A DNA stretch of 26,833 nt from Deltaproteobacteria bacterium (GCA_032128375.1 JAQBGU010000240.1:1-26833); one strand, 5' to 3'. Positions 9,262 to 18,972 are shown, numbered from the stretch's first letter. Program-made: numbers and translations. The notes: a model not told the origin generated them from the letters alone.

Positions 9262-9377
9262 ACGTCTCGTAATTGGCCTCGCCGCTGGCAGCGCAGGGAT
9301 CGCCGTTCCAGGGGCGATCGCAGGAATCGGCCCGCGGGCCTGGCGAGACGGCACCCGCAACAGACCAAGGAGCAAAC

Positions 9378-10268
9378 ATGGGAATTCTCGATGGCAAGGG
9401 CGCCGTCGTTACAGGGGCCGGTCGAGGGATTGGACGGGGCCACTGCATTCACCTCGCGGAGAACGGCGCTTCGGTGATCGTGAACGACATCGATGTCGAC
9501 GAGGCGCAGAAAGTCGTCGATTAGATCGCGGCGAAGGGAGGTAAGGCCAGCGCCAACGATAGCGATATCAGTTCGCGCGAAGGGGCTGCGGCGCTCGTCG
9601 AGCAGTGTGTGAGCGAATTCGGTGGGATCCACATTCTCGTCAACAACGCCGGAAACGTTCGCGACCGATCATTCCTGAAGATGACCGATGACGAGTTCAC
9701 GGCCGTGTTCCGGGTTCACGTCAACGGCACATTTATGTGCAGCCAGGAAGCGGCGCTGCGGATGAAAGATCAGCGTAGCGGCGGATCGATCGTCAATACC
9801 GTCTCTGCGGCCCACTTCGGAAATTTCGGACAGACCAACTACGCGGGTTCCAAGGGCGCGATTGCGTCGATGACATATACCTGGGCACTGGAGTTGGCGC
9901 GCTACGGGATCCGCGTCAACGCAATCAGTCCCAGCGGGAGTACCCGGATGTCCGCGACCTACAAGGGACCCGACGGCAAGGACGTGGAACTCCCGTTCAT
10001 CGACCCGACCCGCAACGGCGCATTCGTCGCATTTCTGTGCAGCGATGAAGCCGATTACGTGAGTGGCCAGATCTTCGGTTCGGGCGGTGAACGCGTGGTC
10101 GTGCTGGAGCAACCGAAGTACGGCACGCAGATGATCAAGGACGGTGGTTGGTCGGTCGAAGATCTGATCGAGCATTTCAAAGCCAACCTGTCGAAGGTTT
10201 TCGAACCGGTCGGCTTGATGAAGACGCCGTACCCCTTCTACGACGGCGTCAAGCCGAACGCGAAGTGA
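9378..10268 (+). pseudogene. SDR oxidoreductase (3-hydroxyacyl-CoA dehydrogenase/MFE-2-like) with one in-frame TAG at codon 49
   Basis: AAGGAG SD, ATG 9378. VVTGAGRGIG...VNDID...KVVD*IAAKGGKA...LVNNAG...GNFGQTNYAGSKG...IRVNAISP is all one frame. ORF-track entries 9273..9524 and 9609..10268 are its two halves. TAG is at 9522-9524. Confidence 0.88.
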
Positions 10269-10273
10269 CCGTC

Positions 10274-11695
10274 ATGGCCGGAATCACATCCTACGGCGCC
10301 TATATTCCCCGCACCCGGCTGCCTTTGTCGGTGATCGGGGGTGGACGCCTCAAACAGGGCGGACCCGAAAAGGCCGTCGCTTGGAACGATGAAGACAGCG
10401 TGACGATGGCAGTATCGGCCGCCGTCAACTGCCTGCGCGGGCTCGATCGCAGCGCGGTGGATGGCGTGATGTTTGCCTCGACCACCTACGCATTTCGCGA
10501 AAAGCAGGCGGCGGCTCTGATCGCGAAGGCACTCGACCTCCCGCGCGGTATTCGGACCGCGGACTTCAGCGGTTCGTTGAGAGCGGGGACCGCCGCACTG
10601 CGCAGCGCAATCGACGCCGTCACGGCGGGCTCTGCCCGCAGGGTGCTGGTCGTGGTGAGCGATAGTCGGATGGGTGCGCCCGGCTCCGGTCTCGAGCGCA
10701 CCGGCGGCGACGGCGCAGTCGCATTCCTGATCGCCGATCACGACGCCGTTGCCACTCTTTCCGACTCGTGCGCGGTTACGGACGAGATCGTTGACCTGTG
10801 GCGCGGAGACGCTGACCGGTTCGTGCACAGCTGGGAAGATCGCTTCGTGATTCAGCACGGCTTCACGCCCAACATGATCGAAGCCGGCAAAGGTGTGATG
10901 GGACAACTCGGGTTGAAGGCATCGGATTATGCGTCGGTCTGTCTGTACGCGCCCGATGCGCGAAGCCACGCGGGCGTGGCGCGCGGGCTAGGGGTCAAAG
11001 ACCAGCTCCAAGACGCCCTGTTCGGCAGGCTCGGGAATACGGGTGTGGCTTTTGCACCCATGCAGCTTGCCGCTGCGTTGGAGACCGCCAAGCCGGGGGA
11101 TCGGATCCTCGTGGTGAACTACGGCGATGGTGCCGAGGCACTTTCGTTCCAGGTATCCGACGCGATCGAGAAGCTCGGTGATCGCCGCGGCGTGAGTTGG
11201 CACCTCGCGCGTCGTCGTGTGATCTCGAGCTACGACAAGTACATCAAGGCGCGCAGCCTGGATTCGCGCGAATGGCGGGCGGGCGGCGATCCGGGTCTTT
11301 CGGCGACCGTACACTTTCGTGAGCGCGACGAGGACATCAGCTTCTGCGGCCAGAAGTGTCTGCAGTGTTCGGCCGTGCAGTTTCCAATCCAACGAATCTG
11401 CGAGACCTGTTTCGCGAAGGACGATTTCGAGAAAGCGCGGCTGTCGGACCGGATTGGAAAGGTGGTTACCTACACGTTCGATTTTTTCTTTCCGACTCCG
11501 GATCCACCGACGGTCGTGACGATCTGCGAAATCGACGGTGCGCGCGTCCACCTGCAGCTGGTCAATATTTCGCCCGCGGAGACCTGCATCGGACTACCGG
11601 TGGAATTCGAATTTCGCCGCATCCACGAGGCGGGTGGCCGTCCCAATTACTACTGGAAGGGCAGTCCTCTTCCCGCTACCGACGAGGCCAACTGA
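10274..11695 (+). CDS. HMG-CoA synthase/KAS III-fold domain fused to a C-terminal DUF35 (Zn-ribbon + OB-fold) domain, 473 aa
   Basis: MAGITSYGAYIPRTRL, DEDSVTMA, GDGAVAFLI, GRLGNTG, YGDGAEA, then KCLQC...FP..RICETC and GKVVTYT. ATG 10274 lies 5 nt after the SDR stop. Confidence 0.88.
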   Translation: MAGITSYGAYIPRTRLPLSVIGGGRLKQGGPEKAVAWNDEDSVTMAVSAAVNCLRGLDRSAVDGVMFASTTYAFREKQAAALIAKALDLPRGIRTADFSGSLRAGTAALRSAIDAVTAGSARRVLVVVSDSRMGAPGSGLERTGGDGAVAFLIADHDAVATLSDSCAVTDEIVDLWRGDADRFVHSWEDRFVIQHGFTPNMIEAGKGVMGQLGLKASDYASVCLYAPDARSHAGVARGLGVKDQLQDALFGRLGNTGVAFAPMQLAAALETAKPGDRILVVNYGDGAEALSFQVSDAIEKLGDRRGVSWHLARRRVISSYDKYIKARSLDSREWRAGGDPGLSATVHFRERDEDISFCGQKCLQCSAVQFPIQRICETCFAKDDFEKARLSDRIGKVVTYTFDFFFPTPDPPTVVTICEIDGARVHLQLVNISPAETCIGLPVEFEFRRIHEAGGRPNYYWKGSPLPATDEAN

Positions 11696-11698
11696 TCG

Positions 11699-12859
11699 AT
11701 GAGTCGAGACGGAATCAAGGACAAGGTTGCGATCGTGGGTGTGGGCTGTTGCCAGTTCGGCGAAAACTGGGACCAGTCGCCATCGGACATGATCGTCGAC
11801 GCCGCCTACGAGGCGTACGCGGACGCGGGAATCGACAGGCCGCAAGAGCGAATCGATGCGGTCTTTACGGGAGCCCTGTATACCCAAAAGGGGCCGCACG
11901 AGTGCAGCGATGCGCTGAAGCTTTGGAAGCCGGTGACGATGGTTTCCAACTACTGTGCGACAGGGACCGACGCGTTTCGCTGCGGTGTGATGTCGATCGC
12001 TGCAGGCATGTACGACACTGTGCTCGTGGTCGGCTACGACAAGCCAAAGGACCGCGGCGTGTCGGGACCGAGCGTGATGATGAACGGTGTACGAGACCTG
12101 CCCCAGACTCCGGCCGGTTGGTTTTCGCTGTGCGCCTCGACCTACTTCAAGAAATTCGGGGCAGGACGCGAAGATCTGGCCAAGATCGCCGTGAAGAACC
12201 ACCACAACGGGACGCTCGCTCCCAAATCGTTTCTCAAGCGTGAGATCACCATCGACGACGTGCTCAACGCGCGTATGATCTCCTGGCCGTTCGGGTTGTA
12301 CGACTGCGCGGCGCAGACCGACGGTGCGGCCGCCGTCATCCTCACCCGCGCCGACCTCGCCCGCGGATACCGCGATGACCCGGTGTTGGTCAAAGGGGTC
12401 ACCGTGCAGGCCGGGCCGAACCCGCAGAAGGATCCGACCAACGATTTCCTGTCGTGGAAGCCGACAGGCTGGGCTGCGGAAGACGTCTACCGCCAGGTCG
12501 GAATTTCTGACCCGCGCGCGGAGATCGGTGTTGCGCAGGTTCACGACTGCTTCAGCCTCACCGAATTGTTGAGCTACGAAGATCTCGGATTCTGCGAGAA
12601 GGGCGCAGCCAAAGAACACATTGCCGCCGGCGACTTCGAGCTTGGCGGCGCGCTTCCGGTGAACACCGACGGTGGTTTGAAGACCTTCGGGCATCCGACT
12701 GGAGCCACGGGCGTGCGCATGATCTACGAGAACACCTTACAGCTCCAGGGTCGTGCCGATAAGCGCCAGGTCGCGGGGGCGGAGTCCAAGCTCGCGCTAT
12801 CCCACAACATCGGCGGACATCCGACCGCGTGCGGGATCGCGATTCTCGGTCGCGATTGA
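11699..12859 (+). CDS. SCP2-type thiolase / acetyl-CoA acetyltransferase
   Basis: VAIVGVGCCQFG, NYCATG (nucleophile Cys), AVKNHHNG, DCAAQTDGAAAVI, QVHDCFS, VNTDGGLKTFGHPTGATG, HNIGG. Starts 3 nt after the DUF35 fusion. Confidence 0.93.
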   Translation: MSRDGIKDKVAIVGVGCCQFGENWDQSPSDMIVDAAYEAYADAGIDRPQERIDAVFTGALYTQKGPHECSDALKLWKPVTMVSNYCATGTDAFRCGVMSIAAGMYDTVLVVGYDKPKDRGVSGPSVMMNGVRDLPQTPAGWFSLCASTYFKKFGAGREDLAKIAVKNHHNGTLAPKSFLKREITIDDVLNARMISWPFGLYDCAAQTDGAAAVILTRADLARGYRDDPVLVKGVTVQAGPNPQKDPTNDFLSWKPTGWAAEDVYRQVGISDPRAEIGVAQVHDCFSLTELLSYEDLGFCEKGAAKEHIAAGDFELGGALPVNTDGGLKTFGHPTGATGVRMIYENTLQLQGRADKRQVAGAESKLALSHNIGGHPTACGIAILGRD

Positions 12860-12945
12860 TTGCCGCCTCATGGGCGCCCTGAGTCGACGCGACGCTCGGT
12901 AACGGAACTTCGAAACAACCAGGCCCGTCGGGCCGCGGAGGCCCA

Positions 12946-13746
12946 GTGGATTTCGAGACCCTGCTCTACGAAGTGGATGACGGCGTTGCGACACTGACCC
13001 TCAACCGTCCGGATCGGCACAACGCATTCAACTTGCTGATGGCCGGGGAACTGCGTGCGGCGTGGGGGGCGATCAAGGCCGACCCCGCGGTGGTCTGCGC
13101 GATCTTGACCGGAGCAGGAGAAAAGGCGTTCTGCACCGGGATGGATGTCGCCGACATTGCTTCGGGGGCTGCGAAGGGAAGCGGTCAGGTCTCCCGCCAG
13201 GATGCGCCGTGGTTCCAGCTGACCGCGATTCACAATCGCTGCTGGAAACCTGTGATTACCGCTGTCAACGGAATGGTGGTCGGCGGCGGTCTGCACTTCA
13301 TCGCAGATTCTGATTTGATTGTCTGCGCAGAGCACGCGACGTTTTTCGACACCCACGTGAAGGTCGGCTTGATCGCGGGGATCGAACCGGTGGGGCTCGC
13401 GCGGCGGATGCCGCTGGAGGCGGTGATGCGCATGGCGCTGTTGGGAGGTTCGGAGCGGCTCTCGTCTGCAGAAGCGCTCCGCTTGGGGCTCGTCGGGGAA
13501 GTGGTCCCGGCCGATCGACTCATGGCGCGCGCGCGCGAGCTGGCCGCGAAGATCGCACAGCACTCGCCGACCGCGTTGGCGGAGACCAAGCGGGTGATCT
13601 GGGAGTCGTTGGACACCGGATTGGATGCCGGGGTCGACGCTGCGTGGAAAGCGATCAATGATCACACCACCCATCCAGACCTCGCGGAAGGCGCAACCGC
13701 ATTCGTCGAGAAACGCAAACCGCGCTGGGCGCCGTTTACTTCGTAA
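12946..13746 (+). CDS. Crotonase-fold (enoyl-CoA hydratase/isomerase family) protein
   Basis: TLTLNRPDRHNA, AFCTGMD, KPVITAVNGMVVGGG, EGATAFVEKRKPRW. GGAGG precedes the GTG start. Confidence 0.92.
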   Translation: MDFETLLYEVDDGVATLTLNRPDRHNAFNLLMAGELRAAWGAIKADPAVVCAILTGAGEKAFCTGMDVADIASGAAKGSGQVSRQDAPWFQLTAIHNRCWKPVITAVNGMVVGGGLHFIADSDLIVCAEHATFFDTHVKVGLIAGIEPVGLARRMPLEAVMRMALLGGSERLSSAEALRLGLVGEVVPADRLMARARELAAKIAQHSPTALAETKRVIWESLDTGLDAGVDAAWKAINDHTTHPDLAEGATAFVEKRKPRWAPFTS

Positions 13747-13798
13747 CAGACTCAACCAACGAGACCTCAGTCGAGAGAACCAGCAAAGAGAGCTGACG

Positions 13799-14542
13799 AT
13801 GTACGAGACCATCCTCTACGAAACGAGCGACGGCATCGCGACGATCACGCTGAATCGGCCCGACAAGCTGAACGCGTACACCACGCAGATGGGAGACGAG
13901 GTGGTCGACGCATTCGCGCGGATCCGCGCCGACGCTGAAGTGCGCGTCGCGATCTTGACCGGCGCGGGGCGGGGTTTCTGTGCGGGGGTGGACCTCGAGC
14001 ACCTGAAAGCCCACCAGGCCGGCGGGAACGCAGAAAAGGGGTCGCCGAAATTGGGCGAGGAGGACTTCTTGAGGAAGCTCCCGCTCGATCTACTGGAATT
14101 TCCAAAGCCCGTGATCGCGGCAATCAACGGTCACGCGATCGGCGTCGGCGTGACGATGGTCCTGCCCTGCGACGTCCGGATCGCGAGCGCGGGCGCTAAG
14201 ATCGGCATCACATTTGCCAAGCTCGGCATCCTGCCGGGGCTCGGCAGCACCCACTTGCTGCCGCGCTTGATCGGCCAGGCCAAAGCGCTCGAGTTGGTGC
14301 TGACCGCTCGCATCTTCCGGGCCGAAGAGGCCGCGGAAATCGGTCTGGTCAACAAAGTGGTTCCCGGCGAAGAACTCATGAAAGAGGCGAGAGACATGGC
14401 GGTGCAGATGTCCGCGATCGCCCCCGAGGTTCTCGCCCACGCCAAACGAGCCATCCACTTCGGTGCACACTCCACGATGAGTGAAGCCATGAAGAACGAG
14501 CAGGCGCAAAGCGCCGAACTGCGAATCGCCAAGCAGGGGTGA
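13799..14542 (+). CDS. Crotonase-fold protein, 247 aa, short C-terminus
   Basis: ITLNRPDKLNA, GRGFCAGVDL, KPVIAAINGHAIGVG, GLVNKVVP. Start set to ATG 13799 (MYETILYE); 13625 overlaps the previous gene. Confidence 0.9.
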   Translation: MYETILYETSDGIATITLNRPDKLNAYTTQMGDEVVDAFARIRADAEVRVAILTGAGRGFCAGVDLEHLKAHQAGGNAEKGSPKLGEEDFLRKLPLDLLEFPKPVIAAINGHAIGVGVTMVLPCDVRIASAGAKIGITFAKLGILPGLGSTHLLPRLIGQAKALELVLTARIFRAEEAAEIGLVNKVVPGEELMKEARDMAVQMSAIAPEVLAHAKRAIHFGAHSTMSEAMKNEQAQSAELRIAKQG

Positions 14543-14594
14543 GCGTCCGAGAAGTCGTCGCAACCGGCTGGCTTCGTCCAGCTAGAATCAGTTT

Positions 14595-16193
14595 GTGAAG
14601 CAAACCGACGAGGAACTCGGACGCTGGATCGTCGCCCCACTGGTCATCCTTTTCATCATCGTGCTGTTTCGGACTGCCTGGCTCTGCGATGACGCGTTCA
14701 TCACCTATCGGACGATCGATCATTGGATCGACGGCCGCGGACTGGTGTTCAATTTGGGCGAGCGCGTGCAGGCCTATTCGCATCCGATGTGGATGCTGAC
14801 GATCGCCTTGCTCTATTGGGTATCGGGGGACATCTACTTCACACCGATTCTCGCTTCGATACTCCTTTCCACTCTGGCTGTGTCGCTGCTCGCCTTTCGA
14901 ATAGCAGAGGACCGAACCCAGGCCATATTGTGCCTCTTGGTGCTGTTGTCTTCGCAGGCCTTCATCGACTACTCCACTTCGGGCCTCGAGAACCCGCTGA
15001 CCCACCTGCTGCTCGCGCTGTTCGGAGCGGAGTTCTTGAAAAAGGCCCCTAGCGAATGGAACCTGTTTGGGCTCGCGCTGCTTGGAGGGTTGTTGGCGAC
15101 GAATCGGATGGACTGCCTTCTGTTGATCGGCCCCGCACTCGGCTACGCGATCGTTCGTCTGTCGCGCGCCAATACCCTCACGTGGGCGGCCTGTCTGCGG
15201 CAGACCCTCTTGGGGTTTTCACCGTTTCTCCTATGGACCGCATTCTCGGTTGTCTACTACGGTTTCCCATTCCCCAATACCGCCTACGCGAAACTCGGTA
15301 CCCAGATTCCCAGAAAGGAGCTGCTCGAACAGGGGGGCTACTATTTCCTCGATTCTCTGGGAACCGACCCGGTCACGTTGATGGTCATCGTGTGGAGCCT
15401 GCTGCTGGTGTTCCTGTCGAACGACAGAAACCCGCGACGCATTGCGCTGGGAGCCGGCGTGATCTTGTACGCGCTCTATATCGCGTTCATCGCTGGCGAT
15501 TTCATGAGCGGCCGGTTTCTTGCCGCACCCCTGTTCGTCGCGCTGATGATCTTTCGTCCGCGACTCGCGACGGTACGCATGAAATTGACGGAGCGATTGT
15601 TCGCCGCGAGCGTGATTGTCTTCGTGGGACTCAGCGCGGGCAACCCGCCTCTGTTGACTGGAGCTTCGTATGGGTTGGACCCGAACTCGGCCGAATGGGT
15701 CGGCCCACACGGCGTGGCCAACGAAAGGGCGTACTACTACCAGGATACTGGGCTGCTGCGAGCCCATCGCGGAGGGAATCTCCGCGCTGTGCGCGACCAC
15801 GCATGGAAAATACGGGGTTCATTCAGATTGCAGGGAAACGTATTCCTGGCCGGAGGGCTGGGCTTCTTGGGTTTCTTCTCAGAGCCAGAAGACCATCTCA
15901 TCGACTTCCATGGCCTCGTCGATCCGCTGCTGGCGCGCTTGCCGGTAGACCAACGCTGGCGGATCGGACACTTTCCCCGAGGCCTCCCGATGGGCTACGT
16001 GGAAACGCTCGATTCCGGAGAGAACCGCATCGAGAACGGCGATCTGGCGCTCTACTACGACAAGCTGTCGGTCCTCACCCGCGGCCCAATATTCAGCATT
16101 GTCCGATTCAAGGAGATATGGGCGATGAACTGGCGATCGTACGACAAATGGTTGGATCGATACGACGAGCGCTTCGAACAACCCGTCCAGTGA
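14595..16193 (+). CDS. Polytopic GT-C glycosyltransferase, AftB (arabinofuranosyltransferase)-like
   Basis: AWLCDDAFITYRT...GRGLVFNLGERVQAYSHP first-loop motif, TSGLENPL, NRMD, YYGFPFPNTAYAK, GDFMSGRF, IDFHGLVDPLLARLP...RIGH. Many hydrophobic segments followed by a soluble C-terminal domain. Confidence 0.75.
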   Translation: MKQTDEELGRWIVAPLVILFIIVLFRTAWLCDDAFITYRTIDHWIDGRGLVFNLGERVQAYSHPMWMLTIALLYWVSGDIYFTPILASILLSTLAVSLLAFRIAEDRTQAILCLLVLLSSQAFIDYSTSGLENPLTHLLLALFGAEFLKKAPSEWNLFGLALLGGLLATNRMDCLLLIGPALGYAIVRLSRANTLTWAACLRQTLLGFSPFLLWTAFSVVYYGFPFPNTAYAKLGTQIPRKELLEQGGYYFLDSLGTDPVTLMVIVWSLLLVFLSNDRNPRRIALGAGVILYALYIAFIAGDFMSGRFLAAPLFVALMIFRPRLATVRMKLTERLFAASVIVFVGLSAGNPPLLTGASYGLDPNSAEWVGPHGVANERAYYYQDTGLLRAHRGGNLRAVRDHAWKIRGSFRLQGNVFLAGGLGFLGFFSEPEDHLIDFHGLVDPLLARLPVDQRWRIGHFPRGLPMGYVETLDSGENRIENGDLALYYDKLSVLTRGPIFSIVRFKEIWAMNWRSYDKWLDRYDERFEQPVQ

Positions 16194-16312
16194 ACCGATG
16201 CGCACAAGGCAGCCCAGGCCGGTAGCTGGCGGTTGCGCGTGCGGTCTCGCACTCTAGGTGGCTTCGGCGGCACGTCTGCCCCGCAATGAAAGGCGAACGA
16301 AGTGGAGAATCT

Positions 16313-16792
16313 GTGATCGAGTTCGTACTGAACGGTCGACCCGAGCGCGTTGATGTCGATGCGTCGACTCCTTTGCTGTGGGTCCTGCGCGACGAACTCG
16401 GGCTGACCGGCACGAAGTTCGGCTGCGGGATCGGCCAGTGCGGCGCCTGCACGGTGCACCTCGACGGAAAGGCGGTGCGAACGTGCATCTTGCCCGTCTC
16501 AGCGGTGGCTGGCACCGAGATCACAACGATCGAAGGCCTTTCGCAAAACGGAGACCACCCGGTTCAGCAAGCCTGGGTGGAGCACAGTGTCCCGCAATGT
16601 GGCTACTGCCAGTCGGGCCAGGTGATGGCTGCCGCCGCACTGCTCGCCGCGATACCCGAGCCGAGCGACGCTGACGTCGAGCGTGCAATGACGAATATCT
16701 GCCGCTGCGGCACCTATGTGAGAATCCGGCGCGCGATCCGCCGCGCCGCCGAGCTCGGGAAGCAATCCAAGCCCGGTGAGGTTTCTGAATGA
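16313..16792 (+). CDS. (2Fe-2S)-binding small subunit of a xanthine-oxidase-family molybdenum hydroxylase (isoquinoline 1-oxidoreductase alpha-like)
   Basis: [30 protein letters not shown]...[21 protein letters not shown] 16313 has GGAG upstream; ATG 16286 is an alternative start. Confidence 0.93.
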   Translation: MIEFVLNGRPERVDVDASTPLLWVLRDELGLTGTKFGCGIGQCGACTVHLDGKAVRTCILPVSAVAGTEITTIEGLSQNGDHPVQQAWVEHSVPQCGYCQSGQVMAAAALLAAIPEPSDADVERAMTNICRCGTYVRIRRAIRRAAELGKQSKPGEVSE

Positions 16793-18972
16793 GCGGCCTC
16801 ACGCGACGCGCGTTCCTGAGGGCGAGTGGGCTAGGCGCCGGTGCCCTCGTCCTCGGATGTCGATCTTCGGGGAGCTGGTGCGCCGGGCTCGACGGTTCCG
16901 AGACAGCCGTCTTCGACGCATGGCTCGCGATTACCAGCGACGACCGGATATTGCTTCACGTAGACAAAGTAGAGATGGGACAGGGAACGCATACCGCCTA
17001 TGCAACACTCATCGCAGAGGAACTCCGCATAACCCCGCAGCGGATCGAGATCCGCAGCGCACCGGTAGACGATGCTTTCTCCAACCCGATGCAGATGACG
17101 GGCGGCAGTGACAGTATGCGCGGCAGCTGGGAGCCGCTCCGGTTGACCGGGGCCAGAGCCCGGGAGATGCTACGCAGCGCAGCTGCCGAGCGCTTCGGTG
17201 TCGAGGCCACAGAGATCGAGGTGGATGACGGGTTCGTCCGCAATTCCGCCAGCGGCGAGCGCCTCTCCTACGGAGCACTTGCGGCGTCGGCGGCAGGTCT
17301 GCGCCCCCCGCGCAACCCGAAACTCACGCCGCCCGATCGCTTCCGTTTCATCGGCACCTCGTTTCCGCGCGTCGACGCGCTTGCGAAATCGACTGGCACA
17401 GCCCAGTACGGCATGGACGTGACCGCACCCGGCCTGCTCACGGCCGTGGTCGTGCACTGCCCTCATGTACGGGGAACGCTTAGATCATTCGATGCAACCG
17501 CGGCGAGCAGCCAGCCGGGCGTCGTCAGCGTGATCGAAATTCCGAGTGGGATCGCCGTCGTTGCAAGTGGCTACTGGCCCGCGCGCACGGCGGCGAAGAA
17601 GCTGGTCGTTGTGTGGGACGCGGGCGAAAGCGCAGGTGTCGACAGCGCGAGTATTCGCGCCGGCCTGACCAACGCACTCGACGATGCGATCGCCCTCCAC
17701 TCGGCGCGCGACGATGGCGACACTGACAGAGCGCTCGCCGACGCCGCGCTTCGGATCGAAGCCGAGTACCGTCTCCCGTATCTCGCGCACGCGACCATGG
17801 AGCCGATGAATTGCACAGTGATCCCGCGTGAAGGAGGCTGCGACGTTCATGCCGGTACGCAGACACCGGACGGCGTCCAGGATGCTGTGGCAGCGGTGCT
17901 CGGGCTCTCGCGAAAAGACGTGGTGGTACACACCGCATTCCTGGGTGGAGGTTTCGGACGACGTGCGTTCACCGACATGGCGACTGAAGCCGCCTGGATC
18001 GCGCGCGAAACGGGGGCACCGGTCAAGCTCGTGTGGTCGCGCGAGGACGACATGGCACGGGACTACTATCGCCCGCCGAGCTTCCACCGCCTCGCGGGTG
18101 GCCTCGATGCCGACGGCAAACTGACGGCCTGGCAGCACAAACTCGTCTGCCCGAGCCTCATCCCATACTTCGCCGAGGCCGCGGGCACGGTCGCGCCGCA
18201 GTGGATGCGCGGCCTCGTCAACACAGTGGCGGGCAGCCTGAGCCGGGCTCTGCCCGGGTGGATCGGTCCCATTCTCGGGATTGAAGGCGCGGCGGACCAG
18301 CCCTACGAGGCGGCGAACGTCTCGGTCGGATCGATCGCCTGGGACCCGGGGATTCCGGTCGGCATCTGGCGATCCGTCGGCCACTCGCATAACGGCTTCG
18401 TGGTCGAAAGCTTCGTCGACGAGCTCGCGCGGGCGGCGGGTGCCGATCCGGCCGCATTCCGCCGGCAGCATCTCGCCGGCCATCCCCGGCACCTCGCCGT
18501 CCTGGATCTACTCGTCGATCGGGGTCGCTGGGGAAAGCCCGCTCCGGGGCGGCACCAGGGCATCGCAATTCACGAGGCATTCGGCTCGGTCGCCGGGCAA
18601 ATCGCCGAGGTGTCGATCGAGGGCGACGAGATACGCGTACACCACGTCACCTGCGTGATTGACTGCGGTCTCGCGGTCAACCCCGACATCGTCGAGGCTC
18701 AAATGGAGGGCGGAATCCTGTTTGGCCTGACGGCAGCGCTGTATGGCGAGGTCAATTTCAAGGATGGCGCAGCAATCGAAAGCAACTTCCACGATCACCG
18801 AATGTTGCGGCTCGCCGAGGCGCCGGCCATCGATGTCATCATCGTTTCCAGCAGCGCATCGCCCTCTGGTGTAGGCGAGCCTGGAACGCCGCCGATCGCA
18901 CCGGCCGTGGCGAATGCCGTCTTCGATGCCACCGGCATTCGGCTCCGCGAACTACCGCTACGACTCGCATAG
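16789..18972 (+). CDS. Molybdopterin-binding large subunit (isoquinoline 1-oxidoreductase beta-like), Tat-exported
   Basis: TRRAFL twin-arginine signal, [46 protein letters not shown]...[14 protein letters not shown]...ANA. ATGA overlap with the small subunit. Confidence 0.93.
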   Translation: MSGLTRRAFLRASGLGAGALVLGCRSSGSWCAGLDGSETAVFDAWLAITSDDRILLHVDKVEMGQGTHTAYATLIAEELRITPQRIEIRSAPVDDAFSNPMQMTGGSDSMRGSWEPLRLTGARAREMLRSAAAERFGVEATEIEVDDGFVRNSASGERLSYGALAASAAGLRPPRNPKLTPPDRFRFIGTSFPRVDALAKSTGTAQYGMDVTAPGLLTAVVVHCPHVRGTLRSFDATAASSQPGVVSVIEIPSGIAVVASGYWPARTAAKKLVVVWDAGESAGVDSASIRAGLTNALDDAIALHSARDDGDTDRALADAALRIEAEYRLPYLAHATMEPMNCTVIPREGGCDVHAGTQTPDGVQDAVAAVLGLSRKDVVVHTAFLGGGFGRRAFTDMATEAAWIARETGAPVKLVWSREDDMARDYYRPPSFHRLAGGLDADGKLTAWQHKLVCPSLIPYFAEAAGTVAPQWMRGLVNTVAGSLSRALPGWIGPILGIEGAADQPYEAANVSVGSIAWDPGIPVGIWRSVGHSHNGFVVESFVDELARAAGADPAAFRRQHLAGHPRHLAVLDLLVDRGRWGKPAPGRHQGIAIHEAFGSVAGQIAEVSIEGDEIRVHHVTCVIDCGLAVNPDIVEAQMEGGILFGLTAALYGEVNFKDGAAIESNFHDHRMLRLAEAPAIDVIIVSSSASPSGVGEPGTPPIAPAVANAVFDATGIRLRELPLRLA

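Noticed and set aside
9522..9524. Genome-wide TAG reassignment or pyrrolysine
   Set aside because: TAG ends the Mo subunit at its normal C-terminus (18970-18972) and also ends the lipoprotein gene (25720-25722). No pyl genes are in the window, and the site is a non-catalytic position one base from GAG.
12922..12944. Alternative GGCCC/GGGCC hairpins covering the SD of the first crotonase
   Set aside because: Five-bp GC stems are expected by chance here, and there is no aptamer-like region.
2032..14542. Naming the cluster bbs (toluene), phl (DAPG) or cholesterol degradation
   Set aside because: Only fold-level parallels are visible. There is no benzylsuccinate synthase, PhlD polyketide synthase or steroid ring-attacking gene in the window.
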